The notes under the pieces are model-generated. The model searched no databases and had not been told where the DNA came from. It was given only the letters and a program-made list of their open reading frames with translations. Source: an uncultured Phycisphaeraceae bacterium (GTDB lineage Bacteria > Planctomycetota > Phycisphaerae > Phycisphaerales > UBA1924). From it: 64,000 bases of DNA. Shown one piece after another: positions 35,669 through 43,692 of the stretch (position 1 is its first letter; the number at the start of each line of letters is the position of its first letter). A program made the translations under genes and the position numbers. The stretch is taken from positions 2,571 to 66,570 of the forward strand of contig CAZMCC010000001.1 in the NCBI GenBank assembly GCA_964564695.1, read 5' to 3'.

Positions 35669-36541
35669 TCACTTCCCCATCAACCCCTGCAGCCGCCGGA
35701 TGAGCTTCAGGGTCTGCTCGGGCGTGAGGTGGGCGAGCACGCCGCTGCCGACGAGGGCCTTGGTGCGTTCGTCGGCGTTGTCGCCACCGGCCTCGGCGAA
35801 GTCGGCGAAGAGCTCGCGGACTCGGGCCGCGGGCTCGCCTGTGAGGCCGAGGTCGCCGACGAGGTACGTGTACAGGAAGTCGCCGGACTTCTCGACGCGG
35901 TAGAACGCCCGCTCGAGCTCGCGTCCGAAGCTCTCGAGGCGGACCTTGATCACGATCCCGGCCACGGGCGGCGTGTTCCCGTCCTTGTCGAGCGTGCGCT
36001 GCCCATCGGCGATCACGGCCTTCCAGTACGCCCCCAGCGCCTCGTCGTAGCGTTCCCTGAACTCGGTCGGCAGCACCGCCCGGACGCGGGTCCCCAGCGG
36101 CCCGGCCTCGACGAGCGGGCGCAGCGGCCCGAGGGCCTCGTGCGTGAGCAGCAGCAGGTCGGGAACGTTCTGCGCCGCACCGGCGCTGCCAAACTTCACG
36201 AGCAGGTCGACGTTGCTCGCGACGAAATCGTCGAGGAACCGAGATCGCTCAAGGCGAATCGCGTCAACCGTCCGCGCGACCGACGCCGGCAGATCGAGGT
36301 GCTTGAGCGCCTCAAACTCCGGCGGCTCTTCGGTCGGGGCCACGCGGCCGGAGAAGTCGAACTTGAGCAGCGAGGCCGGCTTGGCCGCGTCGCCCCCCAC
36401 CTTCGGGCCCGCGAGCGGGGCGGCGGGGGCCGGCGCGGGTGGTTCAGTCCGCGGCGACACGTCCTGAACAATCAGGTTCGAGACAACGACGGCGAGCGCG
36501 GCGGCTATTGCGAGCATCGGCGTCTCCATAAGCGTCCCCAC
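35669..36541 (-). CDS. Membrane-anchored hypothetical protein
   Basis: 290-aa ORF with an N-terminal TM segment (MLAIAAALAVVVSNLIV) and a Pro/Ala linker. No known motif. It lies immediately upstream of the hsp70 paralog on the same strand. Confidence 0.5.
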   Translation of the reverse strand: MGTLMETPMLAIAAALAVVVSNLIVQDVSPRTEPPAPAPAAPLAGPKVGGDAAKPASLLKFDFSGRVAPTEEPPEFEALKHLDLPASVARTVDAIRLERSRFLDDFVASNVDLLVKFGSAGAAQNVPDLLLLTHEALGPLRPLVEAGPLGTRVRAVLPTEFRERYDEALGAYWKAVIADGQRTLDKDGNTPPVAGIVIKVRLESFGRELERAFYRVEKSGDFLYTYLVGDLGLTGEPAARVRELFADFAEAGGDNADERTKALVGSGVLAHLTPEQTLKLIRRLQGLMGK

Positions 36542-36583
36542 GGCCGTGTTAGTGGCCGAGCGGGCCGGGCGGTTTCGCCCCGA

Positions 36584-36802
36584 TCAGAAGACGATCCAGT
36601 ACACCATCGCGAGCCCGACGAGGCTCGCTACCGCGATCACCCACGGCGGCACGCTCATGACCGGGCTGGCCCCAAACACGTGCCCGCAGTGATAGCAGAT
36701 CTCGGCGTCGTCGTGCACCTCGCCCTTGCACTCGGGGCAGGTGCGGGTGACGTCGCTGAACCGTTCGACGTCCTCTTGCGACGGGGCTTCGTAATCGTTC
36801 AT
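36584..36802 (-). CDS. Small zinc-ribbon protein with a C-terminal TM anchor
   Basis: MNDYEAPSQEDVERFSDVTRTCPECKGEVHDDAEICYHCGHVF (CxxC...CxxC), then WVIAVASLVGLAMVYWIVF. An alternative start at 36937 would add 45 aa. Confidence 0.5.
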   Translation of the reverse strand: MNDYEAPSQEDVERFSDVTRTCPECKGEVHDDAEICYHCGHVFGASPVMSVPPWVIAVASLVGLAMVYWIVF

Positions 36803-37313
36803 GGGGCCCAGGTCCTTGCCGCAGCAGCCGCCGCCCACGCGCGGGCCGGTGCCGCACGAGTGGCCCCGTTGGGGCGGCTGGGCGGGCTGCCGGGTCAGGG
36901 GGATCGAATCGCCGGGTGGTTTCGGGAGAAGAGTCATCGGCTCAAAACAATACAACAGGTCCCCGCGCCGGGCTTGTGGCCCGGTGGGGTTGCGGTAAAC
37001 TGGCGTCGGCACGGATGTGCCGCGCCGACGAGCCCACGCTTTGGAGGCATCCTGAATGCGGTTCCCGGTGGTTGCCCCTGCATCGGGGGCGATCGCGCCC
37101 GGGTCGTTCGGCTGAGGGTCGGCGGCGCCCGATCCCCCGGCCCCCCGCACCACGGCGTGTGAAGTTGCGCCCACGTTCATGCAAGTCGCTCCGCTGTCCC
37201 CGGGCGAGGCCCGGTCCACGCGCGAGCGTCGTTCATCGTCGGTCCGTCGCGTTCTCGAGGCCGACTCTCGAGAGATCCAGACCCGTCACTGCCCGATCCT
37301 GAGGAGAAGTTCA

Positions 37314-38498
37314 ATGTCCAGCCGTTGCTTCAAGATTGTCACGATGATCGTCGCGGGCGCCTGCGTGGCGAGCGCCCTTGCCGGCCCGCTCGATCCCCCC
37401 GCAGGCCCCATCGCGTCGACTCCCGGGCCCGAACCGCGGATCGCGATCAACGCGATCAACACCCCCGGCGACGCCAACTCGCACTTCAAGATCACCCAGC
37501 CCGGCTCGTACTACATGACCGGCAACCTGAACGGCGCCGCCGGACGTCACGGGATCGAGATCGTGTCTGTCGGCGTCACCGTCGACCTCAACGGGTTCCG
37601 CCTCATCGGCACCGGCGGCTCGCTCAACGGCGTGCACGTCGACGGGTCGGTCGCCCAGGCCGACATCACCGTCATGAACGGCCACGTCATCGCGTGGGGC
37701 GGCGACGGGGTCAACTGCTCCGACGGCGCCCAGGTCACCGGCGTGCGTGTGCGCGGCATCCAGTCCAACAGCAACACCGGCGCGGGCATCCTCGTCGGCC
37801 CGCGCTCACAGGTCAACGACTGCGTCGCGCTGAGCAACGTCGGCGTCGGGTTCGGGGCCGGCTCGGGCTGCATTTTCACCAACTGCACGAGCAGCGGCAA
37901 CCTGTTCGGCTTCACGTCCAACACGGGCGGGACGTTCGAGTCCTGCACCGCCGTCGGCAACTTCAGCGACGGATTCAACGTCTCCAACGCGGGCAACTTC
38001 CTGCACTGCACCGCGAACAACAACAGCGGCACCGGGTTCCTGACGGCCAACGGCGGGGTGCTCGTCGGCTGCATGACGACCCAGAACGGCGCGCACGGCT
38101 TCAGCCTCTCCTCGGCGTGCACGATCACCTCCTGCACCGCGTTCTTCAACAACCAGCACGGCATCGTCGTCGGCAGTGGCTGCGCCATTCTGAACAACAC
38201 CGTGACCAGCAACGGGCAGACCATCGCCGACGGCGGCGGGATCCGCTGCGCCCTGGGCGACAACCGCATCGAGGGGAACAACAGCTCCGGCAACGACCGC
38301 GGCATCGACTGCCAGGGCGGGGGCAACATCGTCTTCCGAAACACCTGCGCCGGCAACGGCACCAACTTCTCGCTCGTCGCCAACAACGTCTTCGGCCCGA
38401 TCGTCGACCGCACCGCGCCGGCCTCGGCGGCCGTCGCCGGCAGCTCCGCCCCGGACTCCTCCGGATCCACGCACCCCAACGCCAACTTCGCGTTCTGA
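37314..38498 (+). CDS. Secreted parallel beta-helix repeat protein, GPLDPP family copy 6
   Basis: RBS gaggag at 37301-37306, ATG at 37314. MSSRCFKIVTMIVAGACVASALAGPLDPPAGPIASTPGPEPRIAINAINTPGDANSHFKITQPGSYYMTGN. Repeats DCVALSN, NCTSSGN, SCTAVGN, HCTANNN, GCMTTQN, SCTAFFN. C-terminus DRTAPASAAVAGSSAPDSSGSTHPNANFAF. Confidence 0.8.
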   Translation: MSSRCFKIVTMIVAGACVASALAGPLDPPAGPIASTPGPEPRIAINAINTPGDANSHFKITQPGSYYMTGNLNGAAGRHGIEIVSVGVTVDLNGFRLIGTGGSLNGVHVDGSVAQADITVMNGHVIAWGGDGVNCSDGAQVTGVRVRGIQSNSNTGAGILVGPRSQVNDCVALSNVGVGFGAGSGCIFTNCTSSGNLFGFTSNTGGTFESCTAVGNFSDGFNVSNAGNFLHCTANNNSGTGFLTANGGVLVGCMTTQNGAHGFSLSSACTITSCTAFFNNQHGIVVGSGCAILNNTVTSNGQTIADGGGIRCALGDNRIEGNNSSGNDRGIDCQGGGNIVFRNTCAGNGTNFSLVANNVFGPIVDRTAPASAAVAGSSAPDSSGSTHPNANFAF

Positions 38499-38634
38499 GC
38501 TTTATCGCTCGGGACACCAATGTCATCGCCGACACGCGCAGGCGCACGACGGTGCGCCTGCGCGTCGTTGGTGCGCGGGCCTGCGTGTATGCTCAAGTGT
38601 CGGGGGACGGCGGCACGCAAGGAACCGTGCGATC

Positions 38635-38928
38635 ATGGCGATGCGTTGTCAGACTCTCGGATTCCTTGGGTTGTTCGCCGCCTCGGCCGTCCCGGCGGTC
38701 GCCGGACCGCTCGACCCGGCCCCCGGCCCGATCGTTCCGACGTACAAGTCGCTCACCGATGTCGAGCCGCGGGTAGCGATCAGCGCGACGAACACGCCGG
38801 GTGACTCCGACTCGCACGTCAAGATCACCCAACCGGGGTCGTATTACCTCGGGGGCAATTCAGCCTGTGCTCGACGGAGAAGTGCGTCGTCGGCTTCGCC
38901 GGCGCCACCGTCCCGTCGGGCTGCGTGA
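38635..38928 (+). pseudogene. N-terminal remnant of a GPLDPP-family beta-helix gene (copy 7)
   Basis: MAMRCQTLGFLGLFAASAVPAVAGPLDPAPGPIVPTYKSLTDVEPRVAISATNTPGDSDSHVKITQPGSYYLGGN matches the family for about 72 codons. Similarity then ends abruptly near 38851, and the frame runs into Arg/Ser/Ala junk before a stop at 38928. Confidence 0.65.
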
Positions 38929-39051
38929 GTTGCTGAGTCTGGCCTCGAGACTCCTTACCCGAACGTTCGTACGGGGCGCGCGCCATTGCGGCCCCCCTCG
39001 TTATCGGGTATGCTGCGCGCGGACCACGCCGTGTTGAGGAGGAGACTCGAA

Positions 39052-40449
39052 ATGCCGGTGCGCCTTTATTTCGTCGCGTCGCTCGTCGCCGCGTGGTCCG
39101 CTGTCGCTGTCGCCGGCCCGCTTGATCCACCGCCCGGTCCCATCGCGCCGACGCAGAAGCCGCTCGCAGAGATCGAGCCCCGCACCGCCATCAACGCGAC
39201 GAACACCCCCGGCGACGCCGACAGCGTGTATCGCATCGCGAGCCCCGGCTCGTACTACCTCACCGCGAGCTTCACCGCACCCGCGGGCAAGAGCGCCATC
39301 GAGATCGCCACCAGCAACGTCACCATCGACCTCGGCGGGTTCACCATCACCAGCCTCGCGACGCTCGACGCCATCCAGCTCTCGTCGGGCGGCCGTTACA
39401 ACATCGTCATCCGCAACGGCAGCATCGGCACCTGCCTCGGCGGCGGGATCGACATCCTGCCCGACATCGTGGGCGCTGTCCCCACCGTCGGCGGATCGGT
39501 CGAGAACGTCAGCATCCACAACACCTCCGGCTACGGCCTGCGGACCGGCAACGGCGCCAAGCTCATCAATGTCCACGCATCGAGCTGCGGCGGCAACTCG
39601 GGAATCGACGCCAACGAATACTGCACGCTCACATCGTGCTCGGCCAACGGCAACGCCGTGCACGGCATCACCGCCGCCAAGGGCTCGACGCTCGTGAGTT
39701 GCACCGCCGCGGACAACCAGGGTTCCGGGATCGAGACGGGCTTTGGTTCGAGCGTGCTGAACTGCTCGGCCCGCACCAATGGCGATTACGGTTTCCTCTG
39801 CGGGCAGGGCGCGTCGGTCGTCAACTGCACCGCCCGCGAGAACGGCGACATGGGCATCTACGTCACCGGCCGTTCCACCGTCGTTGGGTGCACCGCCACG
39901 CTCAACGTCCGGTTCGGTATCTACTGCGAGTTCTTCTCCTCGTCGGTCAGCGACTCGAACGCCTACGACAACGGCGACGACGGGATCACCGTCGGAAGCT
40001 ACAGCACCGTGACCGGGTGCGTCGCGAGCAACAACGGCGGCAACGGCATCATCGTCGGCACCGGAAGCGAGGTCGTCGGCTGCAGCGCCGGCGCGAACGT
40101 TCGCGACGGCATCCGCTGCGGCTCCCAAGCCCTCGTGAGGGATTCCACCTGCACGAACAACGGCTTCGGCTCCGGCAACACCGCCGCCGGCATCCACGCC
40201 ACCGGCGACCGCAACCGCATCGAGGGAAACCATTGCACGGCCAACGATTTCGGCATCGACATCGACGGTCAGGCCAACGTGATCATCCGCAACACGTGCT
40301 CGGACAACACCCAGAACTTCGTCATCACCCCCGACAACATCTACGGCGCGATCGTCGACCGCCGAACCCCCGGCACCCCCGCGGTCGTCGGCAGCGCGGC
40401 CGCGGGCACGATGGGCTCGAACGACCCGAACGCGAACTTCGCTCACTGA
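39052..40449 (+). CDS. Secreted parallel beta-helix repeat protein, GPLDPP family copy 8 (longest, 465 aa)
   Basis: RBS gaggaggag at 39036-39044, ATG at 39052. MPVRLYFVASLVAAWSAVAVAGPLDPPPGPIAPTQKPLAEIEPRTAINATNTPGDADSVYRIASPGSYYLT. About 11 Cys-ladder repeats (SCSANGN, SCTAADN, NCSARTN, NCTAREN, GCTATLN, GCVASNN, GCSAGAN...). C-terminus AAAGTMGSNDPNANFAH. Confidence 0.8.
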   Translation: MPVRLYFVASLVAAWSAVAVAGPLDPPPGPIAPTQKPLAEIEPRTAINATNTPGDADSVYRIASPGSYYLTASFTAPAGKSAIEIATSNVTIDLGGFTITSLATLDAIQLSSGGRYNIVIRNGSIGTCLGGGIDILPDIVGAVPTVGGSVENVSIHNTSGYGLRTGNGAKLINVHASSCGGNSGIDANEYCTLTSCSANGNAVHGITAAKGSTLVSCTAADNQGSGIETGFGSSVLNCSARTNGDYGFLCGQGASVVNCTARENGDMGIYVTGRSTVVGCTATLNVRFGIYCEFFSSSVSDSNAYDNGDDGITVGSYSTVTGCVASNNGGNGIIVGTGSEVVGCSAGANVRDGIRCGSQALVRDSTCTNNGFGSGNTAAGIHATGDRNRIEGNHCTANDFGIDIDGQANVIIRNTCSDNTQNFVITPDNIYGAIVDRRTPGTPAVVGSAAAGTMGSNDPNANFAH

Positions 40450-40461
40450 GTCTTGAACGAG

Positions 40462-40481
40462 CCGTGAGCGCAAGCTCACGG
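40462..40481 (+). terminator. GNRA-looped hairpin just after beta-helix copy 8 (possible terminator; no U-tract)
   Basis: ccgtgagc-gcaa-gctcacgg, an 8-bp perfect stem 13 nt after the stop. It is nested within further inverted repeats: tgaacgagcc near 40454 versus ggctcgttca near 40562, and gcgagcac at 40493 versus gtgctcgc at 40546. Confidence 0.4.
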
Positions 40482-40567
40482 TGAGCGCCCGCTTGCGAGC
40501 ACATGTCTGTGAACCAGCAGCGCCCGGCGTGCGCACGATTCACCCTGTGCTCGCGCCCAGGGCTCGT

Positions 40568-41215
40568 TCACACCCGGATCACCGCGTCCTCCACCGTCCA
40601 GCGCACCTTGGGGTGCTTCGCCATCGGATCATCGCTCGCCCGATAGCCAGAAGCGGCCAGCACCGTCGACGCGTAGCCCTTCGCCGGCAGCCCCAGGATC
40701 TCGTCGAACTTCGCCGACTCGAACCCGCCCATCGGGCACGCGTCGACCCCGATCATCGCCGCGCTGGCAAGGAAGATCCCCAGGGCGATGAACGTCTGGT
40801 GCGCGCTCCAGGCGTCCATCTGATCGGGCGTCAGGCCGTTCACCGTGCCGAGCATCGAGTCGCGATACCCCGCGAGCGATTCGCGGGCCACCTTGCGCAC
40901 TTCGACGACCCGATCGAGATGGCGCTCGACGTCCGGCGCCGCCATCGGCTTGCGCCGGCAGAACACGACCAGGTGCGAGCACTCGGTGATCTGCGCCTGG
41001 TTGTACGCCGCGGGGCGCAGCTTCGCACGCACCGCCTCGTCCGTCACCACCACGAACTTCCACGGCTGCAGGCCGAAGCTCGACGGCGCGAGCACGGCCG
41101 CCTTCTCGAGGGCCGTCCATGTGGACTCCGGGATCTTCTTCGTCGGGTCGAACTTCTTGGTGGCGTACCGCCAACTCAGGGCGTCGAGAACGGCGTCGGG
41201 GGCGATGGTCGGCAT
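40568..41215 (-). CDS. Nitroreductase-family NAD(P)H-dependent oxidoreductase
   Basis: LSWRYATKKFDPTKKIPESTWTALEKAAVLAPSSFGLQPWKFVVV...AYNQAQITECSHLVVF...IGVDACPMGGF (classic nitroreductase fold motifs). Confidence 0.8.
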   Translation of the reverse strand: MPTIAPDAVLDALSWRYATKKFDPTKKIPESTWTALEKAAVLAPSSFGLQPWKFVVVTDEAVRAKLRPAAYNQAQITECSHLVVFCRRKPMAAPDVERHLDRVVEVRKVARESLAGYRDSMLGTVNGLTPDQMDAWSAHQTFIALGIFLASAAMIGVDACPMGGFESAKFDEILGLPAKGYASTVLAASGYRASDDPMAKHPKVRWTVEDAVIRV

Positions 41216-41239
41216 GGACGCAGACTAGGGCTTGATTGG

Positions 41240-41317
41240 GTGCCCCGGCGGAGCTCTGTCCGCCGGGCGAGAGTCCGAGTGCATCGTCCGGGCGGACCAA
41301 GCGTCGCCCGGGCACCC
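41240..41317. repeat. Second copy of the REP-like element (intact left arm, degenerate right arm)
   Basis: 41240-41267 is identical (28/28) to 6051-6078. The right arm, ccgggcggaccaagcgtcgcccgggcaccc, is a decayed version of the 6104-6131 arm. The copy lies between the nitroreductase start and the ctaA stop. Confidence 0.75.
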
Positions 41318-41318
41318 A

Positions 41319-42755
41319 TCACCTCGACGCCCTCCACAGCCGCTTCGCCCACACGCAGCCCAGCGTCGTGGTCACGAGCACCAGCGCCCCGTTCGCCTGG
41401 TGCGCCGTCGTGATCGCCGCTTCCCACCACGGGACCTGCGCGACCGTATCGAGGTTCTCAGGCGAGGGCGGCAGCACGTCCTTCGCCTTCGACGACATCA
41501 CCGCCCCCAGCGCCGCCCACCCGAGCGCGAACTGCAGCATCACGATCACCAGCATCGCCACGCTCACGCGCGACACCGTGAGCTTCGCGGGCAGCAGCCC
41601 GCCCGCGAGCGATCGCGCCACCTTCCCACCGGCGAACCCCGCGCCGGTCACCATCATCATGATGACGAGGCTGAACGCCGCGTGCGACCACAGCGCGTGC
41701 GGCGTGTGGAAGTGGCGATACATCGCCCCGAGGACGAGCTGGATCCACAGCGCGTGCAGCGCTCCCGTCGCCATGGCCTTGTATTTCCGCAGGCTCGCGG
41801 GCGCCGCGTCGGTCGTCACAGACTGATAGGCCGGACTCACGTAGGCGCTGAGCGCCACCACGCCGGCGAAGAAGACCTGCGCCAGAACGCCGTGCAGCAG
41901 CGCGAAGAGCTGGCCTTGGCGCGTCCCGACTTCGAGTCCAAGGCGCACCCGAAGCCCGCCGAGCAACCCCTGGATGCACACGAGCACAAACAGCCCGATT
42001 GCCCACTTCCTCACCCACCCGCGCGTCTCGCCCCCCCGCAGCACCATCACCGCCGTGACGAGCGTCGTCAGCCCGCACAGCGTCCCGAAGAGCCGGTGCG
42101 TGTGCTCGATAAACATGGCCGGGTGGCTCATCAGCGCGATGGGGTAGAGGAACATGTTGGCGCCGTAGCTGTCGGGCCACCCGCGGATCGCGAGCCCCGA
42201 GTTCGTGCTCGTCACGGCCCCGCCCGTGACCACGAGCGGGATCACCGACGCCGCGCACACGAGCGTCATCCGAAACACCCAGTCTGCCGACAGCCCGCGC
42301 GCCCTGAACCGCGACCCGATCCCCGCCCCCAGCAGTCCAATGACCACGCCCGCCCCCAGGAACCCCAGCGCCGCCCCGCCCGCCCCCGGACTCAGCCCCT
42401 CGAGCCCCTGAGCCGGCAGGGCTCCGACCGTGGGGGGCTTGGTCAGCTGGGACCCCAGGATCAGCAGCCCCAGCACCGCCGACCCCCGCCCCGCCCCCCC
42501 CCCCATCGCGAGCGTCCGCCCCAGCGCCCCCCCACCCGCCGGAATCAGCCGCCCCGCCCCGATCGCCGCCAACGCCCAGCACCCCAGCACGAGCGGCCCC
42601 GCGACCGCGGGATCGAGGTTCAGGGCCGGGATATGCGTCAAAAACGCCGCCACCCACGTGGCCACGGCCATTCCAAACCCCAGCACAGTCACCATTGTGC
42701 CGGTCGAGGAGGATCGCGCAGAATAGATCGGGAATTGTTCGGGCGTCATGGTCAT
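41319..42755 (-). CDS. ctaA: COX15/CtaA-family heme A synthase with an N-terminal membrane extension
   Basis: Polytopic protein with paired His motifs typical of CtaA (MFIEHTHRLFGTLCGL; LLHGVLAQVFF; MYRHFHTPHALWSHAAF; TTAHQANGALVL). It is divergent from the ACIII/caa3 cluster. Confidence 0.6.
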   Translation of the reverse strand: MTMTPEQFPIYSARSSSTGTMVTVLGFGMAVATWVAAFLTHIPALNLDPAVAGPLVLGCWALAAIGAGRLIPAGGGALGRTLAMGGGAGRGSAVLGLLILGSQLTKPPTVGALPAQGLEGLSPGAGGAALGFLGAGVVIGLLGAGIGSRFRARGLSADWVFRMTLVCAASVIPLVVTGGAVTSTNSGLAIRGWPDSYGANMFLYPIALMSHPAMFIEHTHRLFGTLCGLTTLVTAVMVLRGGETRGWVRKWAIGLFVLVCIQGLLGGLRVRLGLEVGTRQGQLFALLHGVLAQVFFAGVVALSAYVSPAYQSVTTDAAPASLRKYKAMATGALHALWIQLVLGAMYRHFHTPHALWSHAAFSLVIMMMVTGAGFAGGKVARSLAGGLLPAKLTVSRVSVAMLVIVMLQFALGWAALGAVMSSKAKDVLPPSPENLDTVAQVPWWEAAITTAHQANGALVLVTTTLGCVWAKRLWRASR

Positions 42756-42943
42756 GGCGTCGCCCCTAAGTGCTGTGCCGAACAGGTGTTGAGATTGCGT
42801 CTCATGTTGAAAACGACCCGTCCAGCGGCTTGACAGGATACCTCTTGCCCCATGAGGATTCTTGTTGCGTAGAAGGTTGTGCGCTCAGACAGGAATTCCC
42901 GTCCGGAAACCCCGTTTTCGGGCCACCGACCGCGATCGAGGGC

Positions 42944-42957
42944 TTGACCCGTGTCAA
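42944..42957. promoter_or_regulatory. TTGAC-N4-GTCAA palindrome (FNR/CRP-box-like) overlapping the actA start codon
   Basis: ttgacccgtgtcaa seen directly. The consensus FNR box is TTGAT-N4-ATCAA. The position on top of the GTG start is atypical, so function is speculative. Confidence 0.2.
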
Positions 42958-43676
42958 CCGTCTTCCCGAAGTGGACCAACCAGCTCCCCACGATGCTCGC
43001 CGTCGGCGGCGTCGGTGCGCTGTGCGGGGTCATCGGCATCGTCTGGTACTTCTTCACGCCCAAGTACTGGGAGGTCGGCTACATGCCGGCGCAGCCCGGG
43101 GGCGGGTTCAGCCACCTTATTCATGCCGGCAAGCTGGGCCTTGATTGCCGCTATTGCCACAGCCACGTCGAGGAATCGCCCGAGGCGAATATCCCGACCG
43201 TGTCGACGTGCATCGGCTGCCACGGCGCGAACAAGCTGGCGCTCAACACCGACGCGAGCACGCCGCACTCGGTCAAGACCGAGTTCATCCGCACCGCGTG
43301 GAAGGCCGACGAGTCGATCCCGTGGCGCCGCGTCCACAAGCTCCCCGACTACGTCCGCAACTTCCCGCACAACGTGCACATCAACGCCGGCGTGAGCTGC
43401 TTCAGCTGCCACGGCATGATCGGCCGGCAGGAAGTCGTGCACCAGGCCAAGAGCCTGAGCATGAGCTGGTGCCTCGACTGCCACCGCAACCCCGAGCCCA
43501 ACCTCGTCCCGCGCGACAAGGTCACCGACATCTACTGGGTCGAGCAGCAGATGGCGACCGAGGGCAACCCGGCGACGCCGCAGCTCGGCTCGCCCGGCGG
43601 CAAGGCGCTGCTGCAGGCCCTGAGCGAGAAGCCGCTGCATCTCCTGCCTGAAAACTGCGGTGCTTGCCACTTCTGA
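42951..43676 (+). CDS. actA: Alternative complex III subunit ActA (pentaheme cytochrome c)
   Basis: N-terminal TM anchor and five CxxCH motifs (CRYCH, CIGCH, CFSCH, CLDCH, CGACH). GTG start gives VSTVFPKWTNQLP. Confidence 0.8.
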   Translation: MSTVFPKWTNQLPTMLAVGGVGALCGVIGIVWYFFTPKYWEVGYMPAQPGGGFSHLIHAGKLGLDCRYCHSHVEESPEANIPTVSTCIGCHGANKLALNTDASTPHSVKTEFIRTAWKADESIPWRRVHKLPDYVRNFPHNVHINAGVSCFSCHGMIGRQEVVHQAKSLSMSWCLDCHRNPEPNLVPRDKVTDIYWVEQQMATEGNPATPQLGSPGGKALLQALSEKPLHLLPENCGACHF

Positions 43677-43692
43677 GCAACGAGGAAATGCG

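Noticed and set aside
36938-37313. Long (about 375 nt) non-coding gap upstream of beta-helix copy 6, checked for a tRNA or sRNA gene
   Set aside because: I could find no cloverleaf-compatible arms, conserved RNA motifs or strong hairpins by eye. It is left unannotated.
38801-39130. Small ORFs 38801..39037 (+) and 38825..39130 (-) in the gap after the beta-helix remnant
   Set aside because: They are Arg-rich with no motifs, they overlap each other, and they overlap the RBS and start region of copy 8. They are probably non-coding.
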